Below, in pieces: positions 37,463-47,034 of a stretch of DNA of 64,000 nt; position 1 is the stretch's first letter; every line of letters starts with the position of its first letter. Where the stretch lies: assembly GCA_029259175.1 (NCBI GenBank), contig JAPDJH010000002.1:96001-160000 (forward strand), given 5' to 3'. Source of the DNA: Hadesarchaea archaeon (GTDB lineage Archaea; Hadarchaeota; Hadarchaeia; Hadarchaeales; Hadarchaeaceae). The notes beneath the pieces were generated by a model. That model made no database searches and was not told where the DNA came from. It saw nothing but the letters and a program-made list of their open reading frames with translations. The position numbers were made by a program, and so were the translations under genes.

Positions 37463-38832
37463 CTACCAAGTTCCAGGTTCTTTCGGGGGCGGAACCCCGA
37501 ATCCCTTGGCCGCCGAACGCTTTCTGAAAAAGCTCATGACACCAGCCGCGGCACATATGAGTATGCCAAGTATCAGGATCACAGGCAAATCGAGCTGCAG
37601 ACTGGTGGGTTGCTCGGGGGGAGGGCCGAAGCAGTAGAGCGTGCCATGAGTCGAGCCCACATATACTCTATTATAAGCAACAGCTGGAGATGACGAAATA
37701 ACATTGACAGTATCATAGCTCCAGATTATCGAACCGTTCTCAACATTCAGCATGCAAAGTTTGCTCCCAGCGCCGATGATGACTTTCCCGTCCGCGACGG
37801 CGGGAGATGAATAAAACCACGTTTCGTCGATGAAGGTGCTCCACACCACCGAGCCGTCCCTTGCATCCAAAGCGTAAATGCAATTGTTGTATCTGGATCC
37901 GAAAATCACCTTGCCGTCAACGACGACGGGGGAATTTGTTATCATCACGTTTTCGGTGTCGAAGTGCCAGAGGAGTTCCCCGGTGCGTGCGTCGAGTGCC
38001 CACACTCCATCGCCAGACAGGTGTCCCATGAATCCAGCGCCGATGTAAAGGACGTTATCAACAACTACTGGCGAGGTAGGTATCTCATCTCCGATGTGAA
38101 ACTTCCAGATTAGATTCCCGTTGTCGGCATCCAAAGCATAGACCCAACCAGTATATCCTATTCCTCCCGCTCCAGTCCCGAAGTACACAATACCATTCAC
38201 AAATGCGGGTGCCTCCATAACATGTCCCATCGCGCCGCTACCATCGCTGTACTCCCAAATCAACTCACCCGTGTTTGCGTCTAAGCAATAAAACCACCCA
38301 TCCCAAGAGCCGAAGTAAACCCGGTTATTCACCACAGCCGGAGCTGAGTCGACCCCGTGGAGCCCTTTACTTGGCCAAGGAACTTCGAAACGCCATTTCA
38401 CTTCACCCGTCTCGGCATCGAAAGCGTAGAGATAGTTCTCATCGCCAACATAAACTGTGCCGTCAACAACAGTTGGAGAAGGGAGAAGACCCCCCCTGCA
38501 TCCCGGCCAGCCTGATAGCTCCACACTAGCGAGCCGTCCTCGGCATCGAGAGCATAGATGTAAAGATGACCGTCCATCCTATTCAGCGCCGTGAAATAAA
38601 CCTTGCCCTCGGCAACAGCGGGCGACGACCCGATGTCTGCGTATCGAGGAGAAAACCACCAGATGACTTCCAGCTCGTCAGGAATATTCGCTGAAACTAA
38701 ACCTGTTCGTGCCCAATCGCGACGGAAGGTCGGCCACTCATCATCTATGCTCGGCTGCCCAGCAACGGTCGGAAGAACGAGGAAAGCCAACCCTAACAGC
38801 AAAACCGCTGCCGTTTTCAGACCTGTGTACAT
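37463..38832 (-). pseudogene. PQQ-like beta-propeller (BamB-like) surface protein, copy 1, frameshifted at a G7 run
   Basis: Signal peptide plus WPTFRRD in frame 38832-~38490; the rest is in frame 38524-37463; adding one G to the run at 38490-38496 restores DAGGGLLPSPT (paralog DAGGGRHPSPT). Confidence 0.85.
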
Positions 38833-38890
38833 CGATATCCTTTTGCTTTCAGAACTCTTAAAAAGATGAACAGCAATTATCAATGAGGGC

Positions 38891-39136
38891 ATGAGCTGGA
38901 GGCTGGCCTCTTCGCTCGTAATTTGCCTTGCACTACTTGGTTCGATCGTGCAACCCTTGATGTTGGTGGCTGTCCAAGAGTTACGGGCGGTGAGTTCTGA
39001 CACCGATTATTTTAGCTCCCCTTCCTCAGACTCGGAGCAGCCACCGATCATCTCAAACACCGTTGAAGTCTCCGACGGCTTTCAAGATAACCAAATCTCG
39101 CCAGCGGCGCAATACTGGATCGAAAAAACTGAGTGA
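38891..39136 (+). pseudogene. Truncated N-terminal paralog of the surface protein at 40575
   Basis: MSWRLASSLVICL...NTVEVSD...QISPAAQYWIE versus MGWRLASSVVVCL...DTVEISE..QVSPTARPWID. Confidence 0.75.
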
Positions 39137-39193
39137 AATCAAGAGTGATTTGCTAACCTAAAATAAAACCCAAGTATCTATAAACCTAACATG

Positions 39194-40513
39194 TCAAAAG
39201 TGCCTTCGCTTACCTACAACTCTAGACGCGCCGAATGCAATTGTAACGATGATCACGAGAGAGATACCGAGGAGCTGGAACCAGTCGAACGAAGTGGTGG
39301 ATGATAATTTTGGACCATAGCAAATGAGTTCGCCATTCCTATTACCCACAAATATTTTACCATATGCAATTGCCGGAGACGATGAAATAAGGCCACCAAC
39401 ATCTTGGCTCCAGATTATCGAACCATTCTCAACATCTAGAATGTAAAGTTCGCTCCCCCCCCCCCCGATGATGACTTTCCCGCCCGCAACGGCGGGAGAT
39501 GAATAAAAATATGTTTCGTTGTTGATGGAAGTGCTCCACACCACCGAGCCGTCCCCTGCATCCAAAGCGTAAATGCAATTGTTGTATCTGGATCCGAAAA
39601 TCACCTTGCCGTCAACGACGACGGGGGAATTTGTTATCATCACGTTTTCGGTGTCGAAGTGCCAGAGGAGTTCCCCGGTGCGCGCATCGAGTGCCCACAC
39701 TCCATCACCAGATAAATCTCCCATGAAGCCAGCGCCGATGTAAAGGACATTATCAACAACTACTGGCGAGGTAGTTATCTCATCTCCGATGTGAAACTTC
39801 CAGATTAGATTCCCGTTGTCGGCATCTAATGCGTAGACCCAACCGGTGTATCCTACTCCTCCCGCTGCAGTCCCGAAGTACACGATATCATTCACAAATG
39901 CTGGTGCCTCCGTAACGTGTCCCATCGCGCCAACACCATCACTGTACTCCCAAATCAGCTCACCTGTGTTTACGTCTACGCAATAAAACCACCCATCCCA
40001 AGAGCCGAAGTAAATGCGGTTGTTTACCACAACTGGAGCAGAGTCGACCCCGTGGAGCCCTTTCCTTGGCCAAGGAACTTCGAAACGCCATTTCACTTCA
40101 CCCGTCTCGGCATCGAAAGCGTAGAGATAGTTCTCATCACCAACATAAATTGTACCATCAGCAAGAGTTGGGGAAGGATGACGTCCTCCTCCGGCATCCC
40201 GGTTGCCACGGTACTTCCACATAACCGAACCACTCTTAACGTCAAGCGCATAAATGTAAAGATAACCGTCTTTTCCTACCCCTGTGAAATAAACCTTATT
40301 CTCACCAACGGCGGGCGATGATTTAATATCAACTAGTTCCGAAGAAAACTTCCAGATAACTTCGAGTTCGCTAAGAATGTCTATCGAAGCCAAGCCTGTT
40401 CGTGCCCAATCGCGACGAAATGTTGGCCACTCCTCCTCAGTTTGTCCAGCAATTATAGGGACACCAAGCGCGATTACTATGAGCAAGACGACCAAGGTGA
40501 TACGATGTTTCAT
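39194..40513 (-). CDS. PQQ-like beta-propeller (BamB-like) surface protein, copy 2, intact
   Basis: Signal peptide, repeated SSPAV/YALDA.tG...W blades and C-terminal TM helix; contains a G12 run (39455-39466). Confidence 0.9.
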   Translation of the reverse strand: MKHRITLVVLLIVIALGVPIIAGQTEEEWPTFRRDWARTGLASIDILSELEVIWKFSSELVDIKSSPAVGENKVYFTGVGKDGYLYIYALDVKSGSVMWKYRGNRDAGGGRHPSPTLADGTIYVGDENYLYAFDAETGEVKWRFEVPWPRKGLHGVDSAPVVVNNRIYFGSWDGWFYCVDVNTGELIWEYSDGVGAMGHVTEAPAFVNDIVYFGTAAGGVGYTGWVYALDADNGNLIWKFHIGDEITTSPVVVDNVLYIGAGFMGDLSGDGVWALDARTGELLWHFDTENVMITNSPVVVDGKVIFGSRYNNCIYALDAGDGSVVWSTSINNETYFYSSPAVAGGKVIIGGGGSELYILDVENGSIIWSQDVGGLISSSPAIAYGKIFVGNRNGELICYGPKLSSTTSFDWFQLLGISLVIIVTIAFGASRVVGKRRHF

Positions 40514-40574
40514 GCTTTCCGTACTTTCTTCCTCACAACTCTTAAAAGGTTTGCAAGCAAGCTTCAATGGTGGT

Positions 40575-42614
40575 ATGGGCTGGAGGCTGGCATCCTCGGT
40601 TGTGGTTTGTCTTCTGTTGCTAAGCTCGGTAACTTCATCCGTTGTGCTGGCGAACACGGTCGAAACACAAATTTCTAGTTCAGATGATACCAACCTTAGT
40701 TTCCATTCCTTGGAGAACTCGCTGTCAATCCTCTCTTCAGACACGGTTGAAATCTCGGAGAACTCCCAAGTTTCGCCAACCGCGCGACCTTGGATAGACC
40801 AGCTAAATGAGTTCGAAAATGCCTTGGTGATGCTCAAGCGTGATTGTGAAAACCTAGATGAAGAACAACTCAATCGTCTGGTCTATGAACTTCAGCTGAG
40901 TGCCGAGAACTTCGAGAGCGAGTTCTCAAGCACGCTCAGGGCCATTGGGGAGCTGGATAACACGTTGCTCGTGGTGCGCCCAGATGGGACGCGCTCGGTT
41001 GAGGCGACGGTCGGGCAGGACGAGAGGTTCCTGAGGTGGTGTGAAAACGTGTTACAATTAGTGCAAGAGTTCACCGAGTGGACCGGCAGACTCCGGGAAA
41101 ACCTTGAGAAAGTCGATACGGTTCTTGAATATCTTGGGGCGATTAGAGAGCTCATCGAAATGGCACCATCCGGAAACACCGTCGTCGTAGAAGACTTCTG
41201 GCTCGAGCGCTACGAATATGAAGTCGGGTGGGTTAGGATCGAGCCACGCGAGGCTCGCATAGGCGACTACGTGCGCGTCGGCATAAAGCTTCACAACACG
41301 GATTGGCTCGCACGCGGGCGCACGTGGCTGTGGTTCGGGGGATTTCTCGAAGGACTGGAGGGCTACGCCGACCTGGGCGCGACCCAGACTTTAACCACAT
41401 ACGTGGACGAGTTCACGATTCCAAGATGGTATCGGGAGGACTACTTTGTCAGCGTTGAGGGTCGCTGGGAGTCCTGGGCGCTCATTTTCTTCGTCTGGAC
41501 CAAGACTGGCGAGGGAGAGATATCGAAGCAGGAGCTTGTGATCAACAAACGTCCAAAATCATCTGTCCGACCTGTCGAACCCCAAGAACCCAGCCCTTGG
41601 GGCACCACCTTCACCTACTGGACCGACATCGACGACCCGGACGGCGAAACGGTCACGGTTACCCTTTACAAGGACGGCATCAAATACGGCGATTCAAAAA
41701 CCGTCCACGGCTCTGGCTCCCCGAGCTGGACCTGGACTTCGACCGCGGACGACATCGGCGAGCACACCTACTACTTCGAGATCACTGACGAGTACGGGGT
41801 CACCGTCTACGATCCTCCAACCGGTGTTCATTCCGGCCCCACCGTCACTAAGCGTTCCACAACCCTCACGATAACCGTCAGCGACGACACCCCGGCCTTC
41901 GGTCAGCTCATAACCTTCACCGGGGAACTCCGCGACGAGTTCGGCGAGCCCGTTGCTGGGAAGACGATTAGGCTCTACAAGACCAAGATAAATGAAAACC
42001 CGGTGGACACGGGGCTGAGCGCCACGACGGACTCGCAGGGTCGCTACACGATTTCATTCGTCTACGAGGATACGGAAGTTTTCGGCTACTTCGCTAGCTT
42101 CGAGGAGGACAATCTGTACTTCGGCTGCGAAAGCGGCAAAATCTGGATCGGGGACACCGAGCCCCCGCCAGCCCCCGAGGTCCAATCCGACACCCACCCC
42201 GACCCCAACGTGTGGTACGCGCGCTCCGAGGTGGTCTTCAGCTGGCCAACACCCCCGGACGACTCCGGGATCGTGGGGTACAGCTACGCCCTTGACTCGC
42301 TGCCCAACGAAACTATAGAGACGACCGGGAATTCGGTTCTCCTTCAGGATGTGCCGGACGGGGAGCATTGGTTTTATGTGAGGGCGCAGGATGGTGCCGG
42401 CAATTGGACTCCGGATGATGCCGTGGAGAGCAAGGCCTGCCGGGTGCGGATCGACACGAAGGCAGTGCAGAGCGAGTACCAGGGCTTCTTCCTGAGTGGG
42501 GTAAGCATGCCAAACAACTACTACTTCATTCCGCCATCTAATGTCACTGTCACCGGAGTGACCTTCAAGATGGGCGGTACTTCAGTCCCAGGTGAAAAAA
42601 ATGAGCGGAGATAG
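40575..42614 (+). CDS. Secreted multidomain cell-surface protein (coiled region plus Ig/FN3-like beta-sandwich repeats), apparently C-terminally truncated
   Basis: Signal peptide, DPDGETV, TDSQGRY, DSGIVGYSY, DGEHWFYVRAQDGAGNW; no anchor; ends overlapping thiD. Confidence 0.75.
   Translation: MGWRLASSVVVCLLLLSSVTSSVVLANTVETQISSSDDTNLSFHSLENSLSILSSDTVEISENSQVSPTARPWIDQLNEFENALVMLKRDCENLDEEQLNRLVYELQLSAENFESEFSSTLRAIGELDNTLLVVRPDGTRSVEATVGQDERFLRWCENVLQLVQEFTEWTGRLRENLEKVDTVLEYLGAIRELIEMAPSGNTVVVEDFWLERYEYEVGWVRIEPREARIGDYVRVGIKLHNTDWLARGRTWLWFGGFLEGLEGYADLGATQTLTTYVDEFTIPRWYREDYFVSVEGRWESWALIFFVWTKTGEGEISKQELVINKRPKSSVRPVEPQEPSPWGTTFTYWTDIDDPDGETVTVTLYKDGIKYGDSKTVHGSGSPSWTWTSTADDIGEHTYYFEITDEYGVTVYDPPTGVHSGPTVTKRSTTLTITVSDDTPAFGQLITFTGELRDEFGEPVAGKTIRLYKTKINENPVDTGLSATTDSQGRYTISFVYEDTEVFGYFASFEEDNLYFGCESGKIWIGDTEPPPAPEVQSDTHPDPNVWYARSEVVFSWPTPPDDSGIVGYSYALDSLPNETIETTGNSVLLQDVPDGEHWFYVRAQDGAGNWTPDDAVESKACRVRIDTKAVQSEYQGFFLSGVSMPNNYYFIPPSNVTVTGVTFKMGGTSVPGEKNERR
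42465..42505 (+). repeat. 41-bp exact direct repeat, copy 2
   Basis: Identical to 37361-37401. Confidence 0.9.
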
Positions 42615-43956
42615 ACCCCCGTGCGCTTTGACCATTGCTGGCTCTGATTCTGGCGGCGGTGCGGGAGTTCAGGCAGATCTTAAAACATTTGCAGCTTTGG
42701 GTGTCCATGGTTTGTGTGTTTTAACCTCTGTTACTGCTCAAAACACGCGCGGCGTGCTGGCTATTCATCCGTTGCCAGCTGGAGCAGTAAAGAAGCAGCT
42801 CGAAGCCGTGCTTTCCGATTTTGCTGTGCGTTTCGCGAAAACTGGGATGCTAGCCACGCCCGAGAACATTCGGGTGATAGAACGCGCTGTCACCCGACAC
42901 AATTTGCAGTTGGTGGTCGATCCCGTAATGATTTCCACCACTGGTCACCGTCTGATTCAACAAGAAGCTGAAGAAGAGCTTCTCCGGCTCATTGAGCGCT
43001 CCACACTAGTTACCCCGAATGTTTTCGAAGCCCAATTTTTGTCTGGAATAAACATTCACACCGTTAAAGATTTAGAACGCGCCGCGCGCGAGATCAAACA
43101 TCGTTTCGGACTTGGAGCAGTGCTAGTAAAAGGAGGCCATCTTTCAAATAGGAAGCTAGCGGTCGACGTGCTTTTGGTTGGCAGGAAAATCTACCGCTTT
43201 AGTTCACCGCGCATAGCTGGCAGATTCCACGGTGCCGGATGTGTGTACTCCGCAGCGATAACAGCGGAATTGGCAAAAGGTGCGCCCATGGATAGAGCTG
43301 TAGAACGCGCGAGAGAATTCATAATCCACGCTTTGGATTCAGCGCTCGAGATAGGAAAGGGTGGTCTCCGGACGGTGAACCCACTGGCTCAGCTTTTCCG
43401 TCGATTAGCCCAATTGGAGGCAATCGAAGAAATCTGGACGACTGCGAATGAGCTGGTTTCGCACCCCGCGTTTGTCGATCTTATTCCCGAAGTGGGCACG
43501 AACATCGCTGTAGTGTTGCCGGGTGCCCACTCGCTTGAGGATACGGTTGGTTTATCAGGGCGCATAGTTCGAAGTGGAAGCAAAGCTGTGCTGACCGGCT
43601 TTCCACAGCTAGGTGGATCCCAACACGTTGCACGAGCAACACTTACCGCACACCACATCAACCCAGCGATCCGCGCTGGAATAAACATATGCTTTTCTGA
43701 GTCGTTTGTGAAAAAGCTCAAGCAAATGGGCCTATCGGTTTATTCATTCAATCGAAACGCGGAGCCGCCGGGAGTGAAGACCATGGAATGGGGAATCCGA
43801 ACAGCACTTCCAAAAAATGTGAAGCCACCGGTGGTGGTGTACGATCGGGGAGGCAAGGGAAAGGAAGCAATGATTCGCATTTTTGAAAGCTCTGTAACTC
43901 AACTCAAAGCCGTTTTACTCCGTTTGGCAAGCGCCGTTTATAAGCAGCAGAAGTAA
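42601..43956 (+). CDS. thiD: Bifunctional HMP/HMP-P kinase and thiamine-phosphate synthase (ThiDN)
   Basis: TIAGSDSGGGAGVQADLK, VDPVM, KGGH, HGAGC; C-terminal LIPEVGTN...GGSQHVAR...GKEAM (ThiN). Confidence 0.95.
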   Translation: MSGDRPPCALTIAGSDSGGGAGVQADLKTFAALGVHGLCVLTSVTAQNTRGVLAIHPLPAGAVKKQLEAVLSDFAVRFAKTGMLATPENIRVIERAVTRHNLQLVVDPVMISTTGHRLIQQEAEEELLRLIERSTLVTPNVFEAQFLSGINIHTVKDLERAAREIKHRFGLGAVLVKGGHLSNRKLAVDVLLVGRKIYRFSSPRIAGRFHGAGCVYSAAITAELAKGAPMDRAVERAREFIIHALDSALEIGKGGLRTVNPLAQLFRRLAQLEAIEEIWTTANELVSHPAFVDLIPEVGTNIAVVLPGAHSLEDTVGLSGRIVRSGSKAVLTGFPQLGGSQHVARATLTAHHINPAIRAGINICFSESFVKKLKQMGLSVYSFNRNAEPPGVKTMEWGIRTALPKNVKPPVVVYDRGGKGKEAMIRIFESSVTQLKAVLLRLASAVYKQQK

Positions 43957-43977
43957 TAATGGAAGAGAGGTGGGCAA

Positions 43978-44193
43978 ATGGGGCGCATCCGAACAGTTTT
44001 CGTCAAGCGCATCGCCAGGGAGCTCTTACAACGCTATTCGGATCGTTTTTCCTCAGATTTTGAAAATAACCGAAAACAAGTGGACGAACTTCTGCCCACT
44101 CTTTCGAAGTCAACCCGTAATCGAATCGCAGGCTATATAAGCTCCCTATGTAAACAATCACAGGTGAGCTCGAATGCCTCCGGTAGTGGATAA
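43978..44193 (+). CDS. rps17e: 30S ribosomal protein S17e
   Basis: MGRIRTVFVKR, DFENN, RNRIAGYI. Confidence 0.96.
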   Translation: MGRIRTVFVKRIARELLQRYSDRFSSDFENNRKQVDELLPTLSKSTRNRIAGYISSLCKQSQVSSNASGSG

Positions 44194-44350
44194 GGAAAAG
44201 TGTACTGGATGTGGTTCCTGCGCTCAAGTGTGTCCGGCCAATGTTTTTGACATCGTGGACGGCAAGGCGGTTGTTGCGCGGTCTCAGGACTGCATCGAGT
44301 GCCGAGCGTGTGAAGCAGCGTGTCCTAACAACGCCATCAGCTTTCCATAA
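44174..44350 (+). CDS. 2x[4Fe-4S] ferredoxin, 58 aa (below the ORF-track cutoff)
   Basis: Translates as MPPVVDKEKCTGCGSCAQVCPANVFDIVDGKAVVARSQDCIECRACEAACPNNAISFP; AGGTGA SD upstream. Confidence 0.93.
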   Translation: MPPVVDKEKCTGCGSCAQVCPANVFDIVDGKAVVARSQDCIECRACEAACPNNAISFP

Positions 44351-44384
44351 AGGCAATAAACTCGAAATCCCAGAGTAGCTGTTG

Positions 44385-45293
44385 ATGGGCTTCAAAAATA
44401 GGCTAGTGTGTCCGCTGGTTGTAGCTATCGCTATTGAGCTTTGGCTGATATGGCTGTCCTTCGGTGCTAGCACCTTTCAAGAACAGATGGGCCTGATATT
44501 ATTCTCGACTTCTTTTTTCCCGTTGGTTTTACTGATTCTTTTCATCCTTTATCCATCGGAATTCAAGGAGTTGATTGCTTCACTTCCGCTTCCTTCTCTT
44601 CCTCCCAAACCTTCGGTTCAGAGTTCTACACCTTCAGCTGAACCAACATCTCAATCAAAAGCCGCGACTCCACGGCCGGGTTCCGTGCCTCCGGGTGCTC
44701 CAACCAAGAAGCTACCGGATCTCGCCTCGCAGATTCGCCGGAAACCCGAAATCATCAAGTTGGTTTCTGGTAGCCCAGAAAAGGACGCCTCTCTCCCAAC
44801 TACGCGTTCACTTCCCACCATCGTTCCCAAGGGGCTTATCAAACCACCTGCTACTACCGGCCCGGAAAAGTTCACTACCATCGTTCCGAAACAAATTCTG
44901 GAAAAACCTCCTGCCACGCCCAAGCACAGACGATTGGACGCACCTCCGGAACGACCCATCGATCTTCAAACCCTGATTTCGAAGGCCAAAGGTATGAAGT
45001 ACGATCTTGCAGGCTGGTGGCCTCTCGGATGGACCCGTGTCATACCCCGCCCCGATCTGCCGGCCCAGTTCTGGCGCATGAAGCGCGGGAAGCCCACCCA
45101 TGGTTTGCTGATGGGTCAAGACCGGGAGACTGGAGAGTATGTGGCGTGGGTGGCGACGGTCCGGGATGGAGTGTTTCGCGGAATCTTCGAGGCTCTCCGG
45201 GCCAAGAGCCAGAAGGAGCTGGTGGAACGAGCAAAGGGATTAATGAAGCGAATCGACATGGAGCAAGCAGCGCTTGCAGAGGATCAATTTTGA
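44385..45293 (+). CDS. Hypothetical membrane protein: two TM helices, Pro-rich linker with a tandem repeat, C-terminal domain
   Basis: Hydrophobic N-terminus; PTIVPKGLIKPPAT / TTIVPKQILEKPPAT repeat. Confidence 0.6.
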   Translation: MGFKNRLVCPLVVAIAIELWLIWLSFGASTFQEQMGLILFSTSFFPLVLLILFILYPSEFKELIASLPLPSLPPKPSVQSSTPSAEPTSQSKAATPRPGSVPPGAPTKKLPDLASQIRRKPEIIKLVSGSPEKDASLPTTRSLPTIVPKGLIKPPATTGPEKFTTIVPKQILEKPPATPKHRRLDAPPERPIDLQTLISKAKGMKYDLAGWWPLGWTRVIPRPDLPAQFWRMKRGKPTHGLLMGQDRETGEYVAWVATVRDGVFRGIFEALRAKSQKELVERAKGLMKRIDMEQAALAEDQF

Positions 45294-46295
45294 TGAGTTA
45301 AAAAAATGAAAAATCCCGCCGTGCAAAGTGGTGCCCCGGCACCGACGCGAAGGAGAACTTTCGAGCGATTAGTACCGGTGGGCTGAACGCCTCGCCGAAG
45401 CTCGGCGCTTACACCCCCGGCCTATCAACGGGGTCTTCTGGCCCCAGCTCGCGCCCCGACCACCCTTTCGGGCGATCGGAGCAGGGCGCCTAGTCTAGGG
45501 GGCTGCTTCGGCCTTAGATGCTTTCAGGCCTTATCAGCTGGCGCGTGGCTACCCGGCCTGCCCTGTCGGACAGCCGGTACACCAGAGGCGCCGGCCTCCT
45601 GTTCCTCTCGTACTAGGGAGACCTTCCCCGCAGGCGCCCTACGCCCCCGGAAGATAGCATCCGACCTGTCTCGCGACGGTCTAAACCCATCTCACGTTCC
45701 CCTTTAACGGGCGAACAACCCTACCCTTGGCCGCTGCTACACGGCCAGGATGGGAAGAGACGACATCGAGGTAGCAAACCGCGGGGTCGATGGGGACTCT
45801 CGCCCGCGACCACTCTGTTATCCCCGGGGTACCTTTTCTGTCATCCGAGGCCCTCACCAATAGGGCACTCGGGTTCGCTAGGCCCGGCTTTCGCCCCTGC
45901 GAGCCTTGGTAGTGAGCTCGCAGTCAGGCCGGCTTATGGCCTTGCCCTCTACGGCGGATTTCTGACCCGCCTGAGCCGACCTTTGGGCTCCCTTGTTACC
46001 TTTTCGAGGGACTGCCGCCCCAGCGAAACTGCCCACCTGCCGCTGTCCCCACTCCCGAGGAGCGGGTTAGAAACACAGCACCGGATGGGCGGTGTTACAT
46101 TGGCGCCTCCACCGGACCCGGAGGCCCGGCTTCGACGGCTCCCGCCTACGCTCTGCACCCGAGGCCGTGTTCCAACGACAGGCTGCAGTGAAGGTCCACG
46201 GGGTCTTCGCTTCCCTCCGGGGGTCCCCGGCATGTTCTGCCGGCCAGTGGGTTCACCGGGTTCCGGGCTGGGACAGTGGGGGGCTCGTTGATCCC

Positions 46296-46327
<32 letters not shown>

Positions 46328-46332
46328 TTACG

Positions 46333-47034
46333 CTACCTTAAGCGCCCTTCTCTCGCGCGAGAAGGGTGGACCGTATCATCGTCCTCTCTCGAGGACGCCC
46401 GGCGTACGGTCTCTGAGGATCCTCCCTCAACGAGCCTTCGGAGTTTTTCCTTCTTCTCCGGATGGCGGAAACCCACTACTTCTTGAAATCGTCGCACTCG
46501 CTGGAATCCTTTGACCACGAGCGACCACTGTGGGTGCTTTCCCCACCCGCGCGCTTTTTTCACCCGTATCGAACTCTCGATTCCAGCCGTTCTCAGGATT
46601 CGCTGAACCTCTGTGATAACGGGCTTTGCTATCATGTCTATACCGACATAAGGATATGTGTACACCCGCGCGCCGTGAGTCTGGATGTCGATTCCGCAGT
46701 AGCCCTCCGTGTCGAAGAGTCCTCGCACGATTTCGAGTTCCGATTGCTGGTTTCCCAGAAATGCTTTTGGTATCTTGGCGGTTGTCAGCTTCCGGCCCTT
46801 TGGATAGCCGAGCTTGCGTAGCAATCGGTGAATTTCGCGCTGGTTGGAGGTCACCGCCCAGCAATTGGGTGCCACTCGGCGCAGGTTTGGTTTTATTCCA
46901 AAGATTTGCTCCACCAGTTTTCCACACCGTTCCACGAACTCCCGGTTTCGATCTCTGCAGAACACGGTGTAGGAGTTCCCGTACACGCCGCCGTCACCGA
47001 GCATCACTCCGATCAGATAGGCCAGCGATCCCAT
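46333..47034 (-). CDS. Two-motif LAGLIDADG homing endonuclease (intron-encoded)
   Basis: LAYLIGVMLGDGG and IVRGLFDTEG motifs, VGFRHPEK; reads through the ribozyme 3' core and stops in the 3' exon. Confidence 0.93.
   Translation of the reverse strand: MGSLAYLIGVMLGDGGVYGNSYTVFCRDRNREFVERCGKLVEQIFGIKPNLRRVAPNCWAVTSNQREIHRLLRKLGYPKGRKLTTAKIPKAFLGNQQSELEIVRGLFDTEGYCGIDIQTHGARVYTYPYVGIDMIAKPVITEVQRILRTAGIESSIRVKKARGWGKHPQWSLVVKGFQRVRRFQEVVGFRHPEKKEKLRRLVEGGSSETVRRASSREDDDTVHPSRAREGRLR

Noticed and set aside
36790-42614. Provirus, integrative element or diversity-generating retroelement as the explanation for the island
   Set aside because: No integrase, reverse transcriptase, tRNA att site or adenine-specific variant repeat was seen; the 41-bp repeats are identical
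45294-45350. 5S rRNA downstream of the 23S
   Set aside because: Only the processing stem and a U-rich terminator-like tract precede the convergent gene; an unlinked 5S is common in archaea
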